A program made the position numbers and the translations under genes. Below, piece after piece: positions 14,301 through 27,700 of a DNA stretch of 64,000 bases. The notes beneath the pieces are model-generated. The model was not told the DNA's origin. It did no database searches and saw only the letters and a program-made list of their open reading frames with translations. Positions within the stretch are counted from its first letter, which is position 1. Each line of letters begins with the position of its first letter. Origin of the DNA: Lama guanicoe (taxonomy: Eukaryota); contig MU054212.1 in NCBI GenBank assembly GCA_013239625.1, forward strand, positions 5,056,270 through 5,120,269, in the 5' to 3' direction.

Positions 14301-14497
14301 TGAGTTTATACTTTGTTTTCAATAAATAGGTCATTGGGTTTTTTTTTAGTCTTTTGACTGGATATTCATATATAGGTGAACACAGGCTTTATTAGAAACT
14401 GACATGTTCCATTTAATTGAATTAGTTATATATTGTCAAATAAATAACAGATTCTGATTATGACCAAGACGTCTTTATATACATTATCTTCATATTC

Positions 14498-15440
14498 TAT
14501 GGTAGTTCTAAAATGTGTATAAAAATTCTTTGACATTTTTCACCATGAGTGGTGAATTCTATGTCATCTTCCCTTGAAGCTGGGCTGGATTTCGAGATTT
14601 TTCTACAAATATAGTGTCCTATAACTGACAGTATGTGACTTCTGAGATTGGTCATAAAGATGATGCAGCTTACCCCTTTACTTACGGTAATACTACTTCT
14701 TGAATTCTTAGGCCAGCAAGTAGGCACTCCCACTGCCTTGATAACACCGTGTTGTGAGGAAAACCAAAAGGCACCACTAGGATAGATGAGCATAGAGTCC
14801 TCAAGACTAAATAAGAGTCAGGGAGAGAGACAGAGAGAGACAGAGAGAGACAGAGTGAGACATAGAGAGAAAGAGATGTTTGCAAGCTTGCAGTTACTCT
14901 GGTCCTGATCAGTTCAAGATACAGTCACCATTTTATTGCAGAGTAACTCTTAGCCATAATAGTGCAATGGACTGAATGTTTATATCTCCCCTAAATTTGT
15001 ATGCTGGAGTTCTAACCTCCAAAGTGATGGTATCAGGAGGTGGGGCTTTTGGGAAATGTTCAGTTCACAAGGGCAGAGACCTCATGAATACGATTAGTGC
15101 CCTTTTATAAAAGCTATCTTAGAGATCCCTCGTCCCTTCTGTCACATCAGGTTACAGAGAAAGGACAGCCATCTAGGAAGTGACATCTTAGCAGGCACTC
15201 AATCTGCAAATGCCTTGATCTTGGACTTCCAGCCTGCAGACCTACAAGAAGTAAATTTCTGCATTTATAAGCCATCCAATCTATGATATTTCTGTTACAG
15301 CACCACAAAAGGACTAAGACACCTGGTAAATCTTTTCCTCAATTTCAGACCCACAAAAGCTGTTAGAGGTAGAAAGTGATTGTTTTTGTTTTAAGCTATT
15401 AAATTTGAGGGTGATTATTCACCTTTAGAAAATCAGAAGA
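14498..15440 (+). mobile_element. Old MaLR LTR (MLT1G/H-like), interrupted by a younger MLT1A LTR
   Basis: cccttgaagctgggctgg, tgtgacttctgagattggtcataaa; resumes after 15321 with gacccacaaaa ... ttgttttaagctattaaatttgagggtg. GA-rich repeat at 14822-14876. Confidence 0.75.
14963..15321 (+). mobile_element. MLT1A/MLT1A0 solo LTR (MaLR)
   Basis: TG...CA ends: tgcaatggactgaatgttt ... ccttgatcttggacttccagcct ... ggactaagaca; ~360 bp. Confidence 0.9.
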
Positions 15441-17385
15441 TCGTTTCAATGTACTTGTGACAAAGGCATTAGATATATGAGACAACAAGGCTAAAATATG
15501 TTTCAGTGTTACAATAATTACTCATTGAATCTACTAAGTGAGTAATTATTAAGTACCTATAAAGTGCCAAGCACTATTAACATTCAAGGTTAGAGCAGTA
15601 AATAGACAAATTGTCTGCATCAGGAAACACGTCATCTAGTAGAGAGTAATCACCTCCGCCAAAAAAAAAAACAAAAACAAAAACAAACAAACAAAAAAAC
15701 ACACAGAAATAGATAAAAGAGCAGGATAAGCCATTTTCTTTAAGGTGACAGTAGTAGCTTATATCAAGATGACATTGATTTAAAGGTGATTTCAAGAGCA
15801 CTTCAAGTATTAAAAATATAGCAAATAATATCAGAGTTTATGTAAAGAGCCCAAAATTAGAGTCCAAATACTCTAACTCCAGTTACTCTACTACTTTAAA
15901 TTCTCCATGGGAGCAACTTTTTTAATTCCAAGTAGTTTTAAATTTACAGAAATGCAGTTTGGAATAGATATTGCAACTAGCTTTTTTTTTTTTTTCCAAA
16001 GGCAATCTGCTGTCTCTTTTACATTATCAAATGCTTTTCGTAAAACTTAAGTACACTAAACTTTTAATATTTTCTTTAGTCTTGAATAAAAAACAAAATC
16101 ACGTATGGTGGCACATGTGCTGTACTTGGCCGCTTAGATATTAGCAAATCAAGAAGCAGTGATTATCTGTTAATTAAGTGCAAAGGAGATGGCAGCAGTT
16201 CAAATGGAACACTGACAATCCTCTTAATACATCTGCCAGCCTACTTGAATTAATCTAGAAAAAGATTGTGTACTTATCTCGGACTTAAATCACAAAAAGC
16301 ACATTCAAAATCATGTTAAAGACAATAATTACATGCACGACATTTGAGTTCTGAAGAACTTTCCTCTCATTCAGAAAATTGTTACCAATTGCCACTGTTG
16401 CTTTTACATTCCCTCCAACTCATTTAAATTGTGTGAAGCTGCGACTGACAGTTAAAATAGATTTCAGTAGCATTAGCTCCAATTTTGGGAGATTAAATGC
16501 TGAGGATCAGAGAGTGGAATATTCTGATTGGGTATATTTACCAGACTCTTTTAGAAGATGAAATGTGGGAACTTAAAAACCAGAGACTAAAGTATGTGTT
16601 TACTTTTCGATGTTATAGTGTCTTAAGAGTAGATCATGTTTCTAAAGTGAAATTGCTTATGTTGCTGCCTAAATGAAAAAAAAAAAACTTTCTTGATGAT
16701 TTCTGTTTTCAAATGAAAAATTAACTCCAGTGATTGAACATCTACGAAATGAATAAGATTGGACCATGCCTTTCAGTAGCTTATAGCCTGGTAGGGGATA
16801 CACATACATTTATAAGTGTCTATAAAGGAAGGACTGCTAGAAATGATCAGGCAAGTGACAAGGAAATGTCTGCTAGTGGCACTAGTGTATTCAGAGAACG
16901 TCAAGTATTCTGTGGGTTATACTGTTAGGGAGAGTGTTACTCTCGTAGAATATGGGGTTAGAAAAGTATGCAAAATTTAACTGATTTACAGCTAAACTGG
17001 AGAAGCTCTATCTTTATCTTTGGAAACTGGATGTCGGGTTTTTTTTTTACCCTAAGCCAGGTAAATGGCTGTAGGCATTATGATGTCCTATTTACAGTCC
17101 AAACCTTTCCAGGGTCAATTAGTGGTCTGAATGCCCTCCCCACCTGCCTCTCATCTCTCTCCTCCCTGTGCTTCATACACATTTCCTCCAATGAATGTTT
17201 TTCATATGTTACTCCTTTTTGATATCTGCTTCTTGGAGGACTTAAGATCACACACAGACACACACACACAAACACGAAGACACACTCTAATAGAACAGAA
17301 CTATATGATAGATAAAATAGAGACACTTATACCTGGCACCTGCATATTTTTCAAATATAGGAAAGCTTCTAAAATACAGAGAACA

Positions 17386-17513
17386 AGAGGGAGGGTATTG
17401 CTCAGTGATAAAGTGTGTGCTTAGCATGCACAAGGTCCTGGGTTCAATCCCCAGTACCTCTGTTAAAATAAATAAATAAAAATAAATAAATAAACATAAT
17501 TACTCCCTCCCCC
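17386..17513 (+). mobile_element. tRNA-derived SINE, camelid Vic-1-like
   Basis: Degenerate A box (ttgctcagtg), B box (ggttcaatcc), (AAAT)n tail ending in taattactccctccccc. 15-bp TSD aaaatacagagaa[c/t]a at 17371-17385 and 17514-17528. Confidence 0.88.
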
Positions 17514-17639
17514 AAAATACAGAGAATATTTGGACTTTAAAGCAGTTAGATCTCTTCACAGTACACTTTTTCTAATGTAGAGGAGAAGTAATTCCAGCAT
17601 AAATCTGACCAAATGTTGACCTATTTTGAAATATGTAAC

Positions 17640-18180
17640 ACCTATTTATTAATAAGTGTGTATTAGGTATAGGATCAGGCTCCAGAGACACCACATTAAT
17701 TAAGAATGGTTGAAACTTGTCCTCAAATGATAGTCTAATGGAGGATACAGATAAGAAAGGAATATTGTTATGTGTGTTAAATATGTGCTAAAGTAGGGGA
17801 AGTAGAAGATACTGTGAAAGCACTGAGGAAAGGCATTCAACCTGGGGAGAGTCTGGGGTTGCTTTCTCACAAAGGTGACAAATTCTTGTTAGAGGGAGAA
17901 GCAATGCATGAAAACCCAGAGTCCAAACAGAGGATAAATGGTTTTGACAATCTGAGAAAAATGTACCTTATTTGGAATTAAAAGAAGAACTTCAGATTTG
18001 AAGCCAGAAAAATAAGCAGTTTGGCCCCATATTCCCACATTTCATATAATGTGGTCAAAACAACAATAACAACAATAAAAGAACAGAAACAAGGAGAAGC
18101 CTTTTAAGATATTAAGCAGATATTTTCAGAATTTTTTTATATTTTATCTCACTCTGCTCCAATGGGAAAATGTATTGAGA
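17640..18180 (-). mobile_element. L2 fragment
   Basis: tatttattaataagtg ... gtcctcaaatgatagtctaatggagg ... tactgtgaaagcactgagg. Confidence 0.6.
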
Positions 18181-18419
18181 ACACACCTCAGGGGTAATGT
18201 GGGTATTAAATATCTTTTTAAAATTCTGCTTTTGAGAAATCAATAAATATGCTAGATAATATATAATAAGCATATTTTAAATGCATAGCTTAGTGAGAAC
18301 TATGAATGAACATGCAGAATCTTAAACATCCAAAGTAATAAAAGCAAGCTTAAAAATATCCAGATTTTAGATAGACATAAAAATAGTAAAATAAAATAAA
18401 ATAACCCAGGTTTATTAAC

Positions 18420-19860
18420 AGCATACTAAGAATTTGATGTGCCTATATTGATCTCAGAAACAAATAGACTTTAAGAAAGTATTATTAGGGGAAAAAAAGC
18501 ATACAATTTACCAGAGTGAGAAAACTAAATTTGTATATGTCAATTAAAAAGTTTTGATATATGTAAAACAAAAATGGACTTACATGCAAGAATAGAGTAA
18601 ATAAAATCCATAATGAAGGACTGCAGAATAATTTAGCATTCCTATCCCAATAACTGATAGATCAAGGAAATGAAAATGTTAAGTGTTCAAAAAATTTATT
18701 AGCATGATTAATTAACTTAAAGTAATAACCAACTTGTATATAAGCAAAAGCCTGCATCCAATGCTAATAGAACCCATATTGTTTTATTTTTTAAACAACT
18801 TTATTGTGGTATAATTTTTGTACAGTTAACTACACATATTTCAGATGTACATTCTGATGAATTTTAATAAATATATACATCTATGAAACCACTGCTGCAA
18901 TCAAGATTCCTAACATTTCCATCAGAACACATAAGCAACATGAATAATTTGATAATATATTAGATTGCAAATAAAATTTAGAAAAATATAATAATATGAT
19001 ACAAACGCTTTTTTGATGTTAATGCAATTTAGACTCAAATAATCAAAATGTTAATTTAAAAGCAGAGTGAAAATTAGAAAAAACACTTCTAAATATTTCA
19101 AGTGTCAAAAAAAGTAATAAACATATACATCTGAAAAAAATTGAAAATACTCTTATTTATTAAAAACAGTGCACATCTTAAGCAATACTTAGAGAGAAAT
19201 GGATTAAATTTACTTACTTTTATTAGAAAATGATAACGAACTAAGCTTTCCATGTAAGAATTTAGAAAATGAACAAATAATAAAACCAAAAAGAGATAGA
19301 TTAAAAACAATTCAATTATAAATATGAAGTTAAATATAAAAAAACTTAAAAGATATAAAAGAGGAGAATGATAAAACAATTAATTTGACTCTTTGAAAAA
19401 TATGCACACAACTTGGGCAAGATTGATTAGGAGAAAAGAAAACAAAGTTTGAAAAGGGAGATATTAATTTAAAACAACAAAGAATGAAACTAATGAAAGA
19501 ATACTATGAATAACTTTGTGATAAAATGTTTGAAATTTTGTGTAAAACATAAATTATCTGGAATTGTATACCATCCAAACTGCCTCAAGAACAAATAGAA
19601 ATTCTCAATTGTCATTAAGAAACTGATTTAGTTGTTTAAAGTGATGCTGCAGTATAACGACCAGTCTGAGAAATTTTATGACTTAGATCTACCAAAGACT
19701 TCAGGCATAGATATTCCAATTTTATTCAAGTAAAAAGTTTCTTATAAAGTTAGAAATATGCTTAGCATACAACCCAACATATCCAATCCTAGCTATTTAC
19801 ACAAGAAAAATTAAAACATACAGGCATATAAAATATTTTATTCAAATCTTACAATAATAC
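18420..19860 (+). mobile_element. Highly decayed L1ME-type ORF2 fragments, with a small antisense L1 3' end at ~18785-18925
   Basis: A-rich ORF2 remnants (caaatagactttaag, aatactatgaataactttgtg, ctcaagaacaaatagaaa). Confidence 0.7.
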
Positions 19861-19864
19861 CAGA

Positions 19865-20450
19865 GTGAACATGGAAGTATATGTATCTTTTCAAGTTAGT
19901 ATTTTTATTTTCTTTGGAAAAGTACCCAGAAGTAAAATTGCCGGGTCATATAGTAGTACTATTTTTAATTTTTTGATGAACCTTCTTACTGTTTTACACA
20001 GTGGCTGCACCAATTTACAATTCCACCAACAGTGCACAAGTGTTCCATTTCTCTACATCCTCACCAAAACTTAACAATTTTTTGTCTTTTTGACAATAGC
20101 CGTTCTAGCAGGTGTGAGGTGATATCTCACCATGGTTTTGATTTGTATTTCCCTGATGATTAGTGATGTGGAACAACTTTTTACGTACTTAGTTGGACAT
20201 CTGTTTGTCTTCGTTGAAAAATGTCTATTCAGATCCTCTGCCTATTTTAAATCTAATTGTTTGATTGCTGTTGAGTTGTATGAGCCATTTATATATATTG
20301 GAAATTAACCTGTTATCAGAGACATGATTTGCAAATATTTTCTCCCATTCAGTAGGCTGTCTTTTCACTTTGTGGATGGTTCCCTTTGCTGTGCAAAAAC
20401 TTTTTAGTTTGATGTAGTTTCACTTGTTTAACTTTGCTTTTGTTGCCCTG
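19865..20450 (-). mobile_element. L1 ORF2 3' fragment (L1MA-type)
   Basis: cagtggctgcaccaatttacaattccaccaacagtgc, ggtgtgaggtgatatctcac, tttgcaaatattttctcccattcagtagg. Confidence 0.9.
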
Positions 20451-21179
20451 ATCAGTTATTTAATGAGGAGAAAAAGTTGTTTTAAATCAGAACATCAATT
20501 ATGACATATTTCTCTTTTAAGAACATGAATTGAGTCCTTATAAACCAAGCATTTCATCTTTATAAAGTACTGAGTAAAACAACCATCTCAGATATTGTTT
20601 TAGATCAGCATTTCTGCAAGTGCATTTGGCAGAACTTATTCAGAGGGATGTAATTAGTGCTGTGTAAAAGAGACAGCTTGTGAAGATATTTTGGAAATTG
20701 TTGGGTTCTCTAAATTGCTGAAGTACACTGTAGATCTCTAAAAGGGGTAATATCCCAAAATGATTTGGCCAAGAATTTTTTTTTCCTGAACTTTTCTGAG
20801 GACTAGTATACTATGTGTCATACCTTTAAAATCTATTATCATGGCTATTTACTCTTAGGTTTTTTCCTAAATGTCACAATCAATTTCTGATGCACAGAAT
20901 GGGCAAAATAAACAAAGCAACATTTATTACAAGAATGTTGCTTTAAAACAACTCATTCCTGTATGTACATGTGAGTGACATTTTCAATTTAAAGTCAGGA
21001 TTTCTGTTTGCAGTATACATGATCTATTTTTCTATAAAATGATCTTTATCAATTATTAATGCACTTAAATGTCCCGAAGTTTTTGAGAGTAGATACTTAT
21101 ATATTCATATATGCATATAGATAAATAATGTATTTTTAAACAAATATATGGTTTAAAGTTATTTTCCTCTTTTGTTTTA

Positions 21180-24100
21180 TTTTTCAAAAATTTCCCAGGT
21201 TTTTTGAGATATACTTGACTGTGTGAGTTTAAGATGTACAACTGATGATTTCATACGTGTGTACGCTGCGAAATTATTACCAGAATAAAGTTAGTTAACA
21301 AATCCCTCGAGTCACGTAATCCCCTTTTCTGTGTGTATGTGTGAGAATTTGTGGGACCTACACTTAACAACTTTCAAGCATATAGTGCAACATTGTTAAC
21401 TATAGACACTATGTTGTACATTAGAGCCCCAGAATTTATTCATCTTACAGATGGAAGTTTGTACCCTTTGACCAGTCTCTCCCCATTTCATCAAGTCCCA
21501 TTCCCTGGCATCCACCATTCTCTTCTGTTTCTACGAGTTTGGCTACTTTAGATTCCAGGTATAAGTGAGATCATCCAATATTTGTCTTTTTCTGTCTGAC
21601 TTATTTCACTTAGCTTAATACTCTCTCTGGGTCCATCCATCTTGTTGCAACATGGGTGTGTATATGTATTTTTTCTTTTTTAGTATATAAATACATATCT
21701 ATATATCTGTATCTGTCTATATCTATATGTCACTTTCTTTGTTCACCCATCATTGGAACTTAGATTGTTTCTATATCTTTGCTATTTTAAATAGTTCTGC
21801 AATGAATGTGGAGATGCAGATATCTCTTTGAGATAAGTTATTTATTCCCTTAAGGGATATATCCAGAGGGAGGATTGCTGGATCATGTTGTAATTCTGTT
21901 TTACTTCTTAGTGAAACCTCCATACTGTTCTCCATAATATTTGTAGCAATGTATATATTGGCTGCACCAATTTGTTTAATATATTTTTGGTGCTCTGGTT
22001 TTGGGTTTATATACATCTACAATTGTTATATCCTATGGATGAATTGAACCCCTTATCATTTTCTAATGACTTTATTTCTTATTATAGTTTTTGACTTAAA
22101 TTATGTTTTATTAGATATAACTAGCTACCTCTGCTCTCTTTTGGTTGCCATTTGCATGGACTAGCTTTTTCCATCCCTTCACTTTCAGTTTATGTGTGTC
22201 CTTATAGTCAAGCCAGCCTCTTGTAATTTGCACATACTTCTGTCTTTTTGTAAATCTACTCAGTCGCTCTAAGCCTTTTGACTGGAGAGTTTAACCCATT
22301 TACATATAAAGTGATTATTAATAGGTAAGGACTTACTAATGCCATCTTATTAGTTGTTTTCTGGCTGTTTTAAAACTCCCTTGTTTTTTCCTTCCTCTCT
22401 TGCTGTCTTCCTTGATGAATTGATGGTTTTCTGTGGTGGTATGTTTTGCTTCATTTCTTTTTATCTTCTGTGTATCTGCTGTCATTTTTATTCTGTGATT
22501 ATCATGAGGCTTATATAAGACATTTTATAGCTCTAACAGTCTATTTTAAGCTGATAAAATTTTAACTTTGATTTTATACAAAAATTCTACACTTTTACTT
22601 CCCTATGCATTTTGTTTTTGATATCACGGTTCACCTCTTTTTATATTGTGTATCCATTAAGAAACTTCTGTGTGATAATCATCATTAATACTTCTGTCCT
22701 TTAACCTTTACGACAGAGTTAAGTGATTAACACATCATAGAATTACAGTATCAGGGTGTTCTGAGTTTTTCTAAATACTTACCTTTACCGGTGTGTTTTA
22801 TTTATTCATATGTTTTAATGTTACTGATCAGCATCAGCTTGAAGATTTTTTTCTAAGATAAGTCTTTTGGTGATAAATTTCCTTAGCTTTTGTATGGGAA
22901 AATCTTTATCACACCTTTATATCTGAAGGATAAGTTCATTGGGTGAAGTATTTTGGGTTGGCCTTTTTTTTTTTCTTCCTTTCAGCACACTTTAAATACA
23001 ACAGCCTCTTCTTTCCCGTCCTGCAATGTTTCTGCTGAGAAATCCAATGATGGTCTGATGAGGGTTCACTTGTATATGAGGGTTTTTTTCTTCTCTTGCT
23101 GCTTTGGAAATTCTCTTTTGTCTTTGATTTCAGAGTTTTGTTATAAGGTGTCTTGGAAAAAATTATTTGGGGTAGAAATTCTGGGAGGATCTATGAGTTC
23201 ATTAACTTTGATATTTGAATCTCTCTCCAGATTTGGGAGTTTCGCAGGCTTTATTTTTTTTAATGAGCTTGTGTCTTCTTTTTCTCGTCCCCTTTTGGAA
23301 CTCAGATAATGGGTTAAGTGTTTCTTTAGTGGTGCCCATTATTCACATAGGCTTTTCTCACTTTTTTCGTTCTTTTATCTTTGTTATCCTCTGACAGGTT
23401 AATTTCAAATGACTTATCTTGTATGCTACAGATTCTTTATTTTTCTTGATCCAGACCAATGTTGATGCTCCCTATTCCATTTTTTTTGTTTGTTTGTTTT
23501 CAATCATTGTACTCTTTAGCTCTAGAGTTTCTGTTTGGTTCTTTTTTATTTCTAATCCATCTATTAAACTTCTCATTTTGTTGTGTATTTTTCCCTCGAT
23601 GTCATCCAATTGTCTTTCTGTGTTTTCCTATCATTCACGGAGCTTTCTTAAAATACTATTTTGAATTCTTTATTGAAAAAAAAACACAGATTTCCATTTC
23701 TTTGGAGTCAGTTACTGAAAATTATTATGTTCCTTTAGTGGTGTTATGTTCCTTGATTTTCCATGTTTCTTGAAGTCTTGCTGTCTTCACATCTAAAGAA
23801 GTAGTCACTTCCTGCTCCAGTCTTCACTGACTTATCTTATGAGAGTAAGACCTTTGGTCGGCCCTGTTATGGATTTTGAGGCTTTCTCAGCCCTCTTCTG
23901 TGGCTACGCCTGCTCTACACTTCTTATTTCCTCTTAGAGCAGGAGCGAGTTTTAAGATTTTATGCCTTCTCTACATCCTGCAAAACTAGTTCAGATGCTG
24001 ACAGCCTCCCATGTGCTTGCTTCCCCTTGGACAGTGCTGCACTTGTGTGCTTCCCCCAGTCTTCCAGAGTTGGGCCAGTGTTTTGCATGTGCTCACTAGC

Positions 24101-24705
24101 TATCTGCAAACACTGTTCTCACCACCCTTGGGGGTTTACACAATGAGCTGACTGTAGGGTAGGGTGTGTGTGGGGGTGAGATATGTGGAGCGCTGGGGGT
24201 GTCACTGGGTGAGTTGGATGGAATCATAGACAAGGCATTGTGGACAGATTGTGGGCAGGCTTCCTGATGGAGTTCATGAGGCGATTAGTAGGATCTATTG
24301 TTCTTTGATGCCCTCAAAGAGCCCTGACTGCTGGAATCCGTGCCACTCCCTGCCCCACAGTTGTGTAGCACACCTCAGTATTCTGGATGGGATGAGAAAG
24401 AAGCAGGTCTCTTTGGGAACATCCTGCACAGCTGGGGAAGCTCAGTACTCATTCACACGCTCTCACTTTCTCCCAGTGGAGAAATCATAAGCCAAGACGA
24501 TCTCTCTTGGCACTGAGCTGTGCCATCTTGGCGGAAGAATGACACAGGAGAAATGAAACTCTTTTACCTTCTTAACTATGTCCAATCTCAGATTATTTTA
24601 ACTTCAAGGGTGTGCTCGAACATCTCCATTGGACTCCCAGACTTTCACAAAGAAGATGTTCTTTCCAGGGGAAATGGTAGAAAATTCCTATTTCTCCAGT
24701 TTGAC
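21180..24705 (-). mobile_element. End-to-end L1MA9-like element with most of ORF2 deleted
   Basis: L1MA9-type 3'UTR (ccccagaatttattcatctt ... gtttgtaccctttgacc) and ORF2 C-terminus to ~21974. Abrupt jump to endonuclease-coding sequence (~21975-22330), then inter-ORF, ORF1 remnant (~22850-23800) and GC-richer 5'UTR ending near 24705. Confidence 0.8.
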
Positions 24706-27700
24706 AATTTTTTCTCTTTTCTCTGGTTCAAATATTTATTTTTGTCAGAAAATACAATGTGCATAATATTTCCTGATTCTGAAACATCAGTTTCTTAGCA
24801 ACCACACAGCCAAAGACTCTTTTTGATATCCATTGAGATATGCATCAATAGCTTAAAGTTTCTTAAAATAAAGAACTGATAATGCATGATAAATGTTATG
24901 AAAATTTATTTTACAATGTGACGATTAATCTATAAGATAAACAAATCTTTTGTCATAGTGAGATTCTATCTTTCCTAAAGTAGATTTATTTCTGATTCAC
25001 TGCTGCTTCATTTCAGATTGAGCCAAATCCAAACACTCTTGAAAAACCATTTGGATTTCTCCTATAGCCTATAAAATTGCCTGTCCTTACTGTACTTTGA
25101 GAGTATAAAGCTTGAACACCCAATCCTGAGGTTCTATAATTTTTAGTATTTGCTTAACTTTACCTTAAAGAAACAGTTTAATACTGGATTTGAAACAGTT
25201 TGTTGGAAAGACTGTACAATCAAAAATGGTCAGAGTGGGGAGGAATAAGTTACCCTTCTTTGCCCAGTTTCCTGCAGGGTAAAGAGACTTACTGGGCATT
25301 TTTACAAAAGAGACAAAGTGTGACTGTTAATTCCTAAATATTAGGAGGAAAAAAGAAGGGATGTGAGAAAAAAAAATCTAAGGTATAGCTCCTTGACTTT
25401 GTTTTAGTGCTTGTTAGAATTTTTACTGCTAAATGGTAAATGATTAAGTTGTTTTCAGTCTGGGCAGAGTGCGACACTGAATGGTTCAGTGAAGCTAGTA
25501 CATTTCTTCCACTCTGCATATTTTCAGAATCTTTTAGGAAACACAGAAAGGGCTTTTCACATCAAAATATTGCCAATTCTAAGAAATCACTTGTTCCTCT
25601 GGTAGGGTTGCTCTGAATAGGAATTGAATACCTCCATCTACTCATCCTCAAACAGCACCCTTGAACTCGCAATGCCTCAGTAACGGTATTAAAGAAAGAA
25701 AAAGAATCATAGAACAATATAATAAAAATGGCAATTTTCCCTTAATAATATTCTTACTTTTTTTCTTGACTTCCTTAAATAATATTTTTATTCCCCTTTT
25801 CCTTGAATTCTCTATGGGCTTAAAAGCACTCATAGTAAAGACTGTATTTCCAGACTCCCTTGCAGTTAAATATGTTTGGTCCTTTTATTAGGAAGGCAGC
25901 ACGCCAGCAAGCTTTCCATGAGATTTCATTGCTCTGAACTAGGTGTCACCATCACCCTGCAAAGTACAGAAAATAGAAAGAGTCTAAAGCTCCAGCTTCC
26001 ATAGTGGGAGGAATCGAGGAAGAACGAGGCTTAAGAATATTGGCTCCACCATGTGCCAGGTTAGTTCCAACATACTAATCTTCCAACTAAAAGAAGACTG
26101 GGATGCATGTGGACTTTGCTTAAATTTATTTTATAACCTCTTATAAGTAAATTAATTGATTTAAAGAAGTGAAATATTCAAAATATGTTGAATATGCATG
26201 GTAAATTAAGTGAACAAAAAATACTGAGATTATAAAAAATCTTGTTTCATAATTTGAAGATAAATCATCATAGCTGTATGGAACTCAGTTTAAGTGGCAC
26301 TGTACAATAATGGACCAGTTCATTTGTGCAAAACAAAAGTAGAAATTATGCAAAAGTATATGTAACAGTGACATCAATTATATGGAAGTGTTACCAATAT
26401 TGCTAATATAATTGTGGACAGATGATTCAGGTAGTTTTTCAGCTTTAACAACATTTGCTTTACTCTAAGTGGAAGCGTCATTAATTTCATGTGAAAAATA
26501 TGCAAGCCTTTTCAGTGACACATGTTCAGCCATAAGACTGTTCTCTAAGGATATATTTGCCATTATTAGCTATTCACTGAGTGTTAGGAAATTCACTCTT
26601 TATTTTGTTATCCTTGGGAGTTCAAACACGTGTGTAGTTTTTCAGTTTAGATTAGATATATTCTGACTTGGTTTAGTAACAAGAGACATTTCTTGATATA
26701 ACAAAGCTTCATGAAAACTTTAAATATTTTATGCCCACATTTATTGAAATTTTATACTTGTTTTGTTATATAAATCTTTTTTAAAAGTCTTAGTAAACAT
26801 ATAATTTTAGCAGCAGTTGCCTACTTGGGAGGTCATGATGGTGCTTGGAATGTCCTGGCATGACCATAGACAATCTGTAGAAATTATGGCTCCTGGTATA
26901 TAAGACGACTAGAATAGAGAAACAACCATTATGCAAACAGGTGGTTCATGTTTTCCTGTCAGATGTCCCCTCTTATTTTTATCTCTATGTGATTATATTT
27001 ATAATCTGTGTGGGCATATGTGTATGTGCAGACATTATTTTCTATCAAAAGTGATCTCTCAGAATTTTACTCTACTTTCTAGTCTTCATTGGTTGAGCGG
27101 GAAAATAAAGTCCTGGCTAGAAAAAAAATTGATGAGTGTTCCTCACCTGGATTTCTTTCCCTGGTAGCTACGGAAAGAAGCCACCGATTTTGCTAACATT
27201 GAAACTGATGCCCAATATTAGGTATTCATAAAATATTATCTTATTATCCTTACTGACTACCTTCTAAAAATTACTCTATAAAGAAGATATTTCCGTTACT
27301 AAAATGGTTAGAAAGAACCAGAGAGAATTTTTTTCCTTTGCTTTTGTATTTTCATCTGGTAATATAGTCAAACTCTTATCAAAATTACAAATATTGGTTA
27401 TTTCTCTCTTATAGCTTTGAAGCAATAAAACAAACAAAAATTCCAAAGAAGAAATGGGAGACTTGTTTAATCCAACTGGCTTACTCTTGTTATGCTATTA
27501 AATACCGAAGTTGCTGAATAGAGACTTTGCATTTCCATGGCTGCAGTCTTCCTCAGAGGGCAGGCAGAATAGGAAATGAAGGGGAAAGGGGAAAGGAAAA
27601 GAAAAATTACTCAAATAGATATTTTTCACTTGCACTTCTGCTATGTCCCAAGAAATCTAAAATGATCAAATGACCTAGTTTTCAGAATAAAAAAATAAAA

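Noticed and set aside
17389..17460. tRNA-Ala-like sequence
   Set aside because: Degenerate stems, an A-rich tail and a TSD show it is a SINE, not a tRNA gene.
22953..23773. Hydrophobic plus-strand ORFs
   Set aside because: Antisense frames of L1 ORF1; T-richness produces Phe/Leu-rich peptides.
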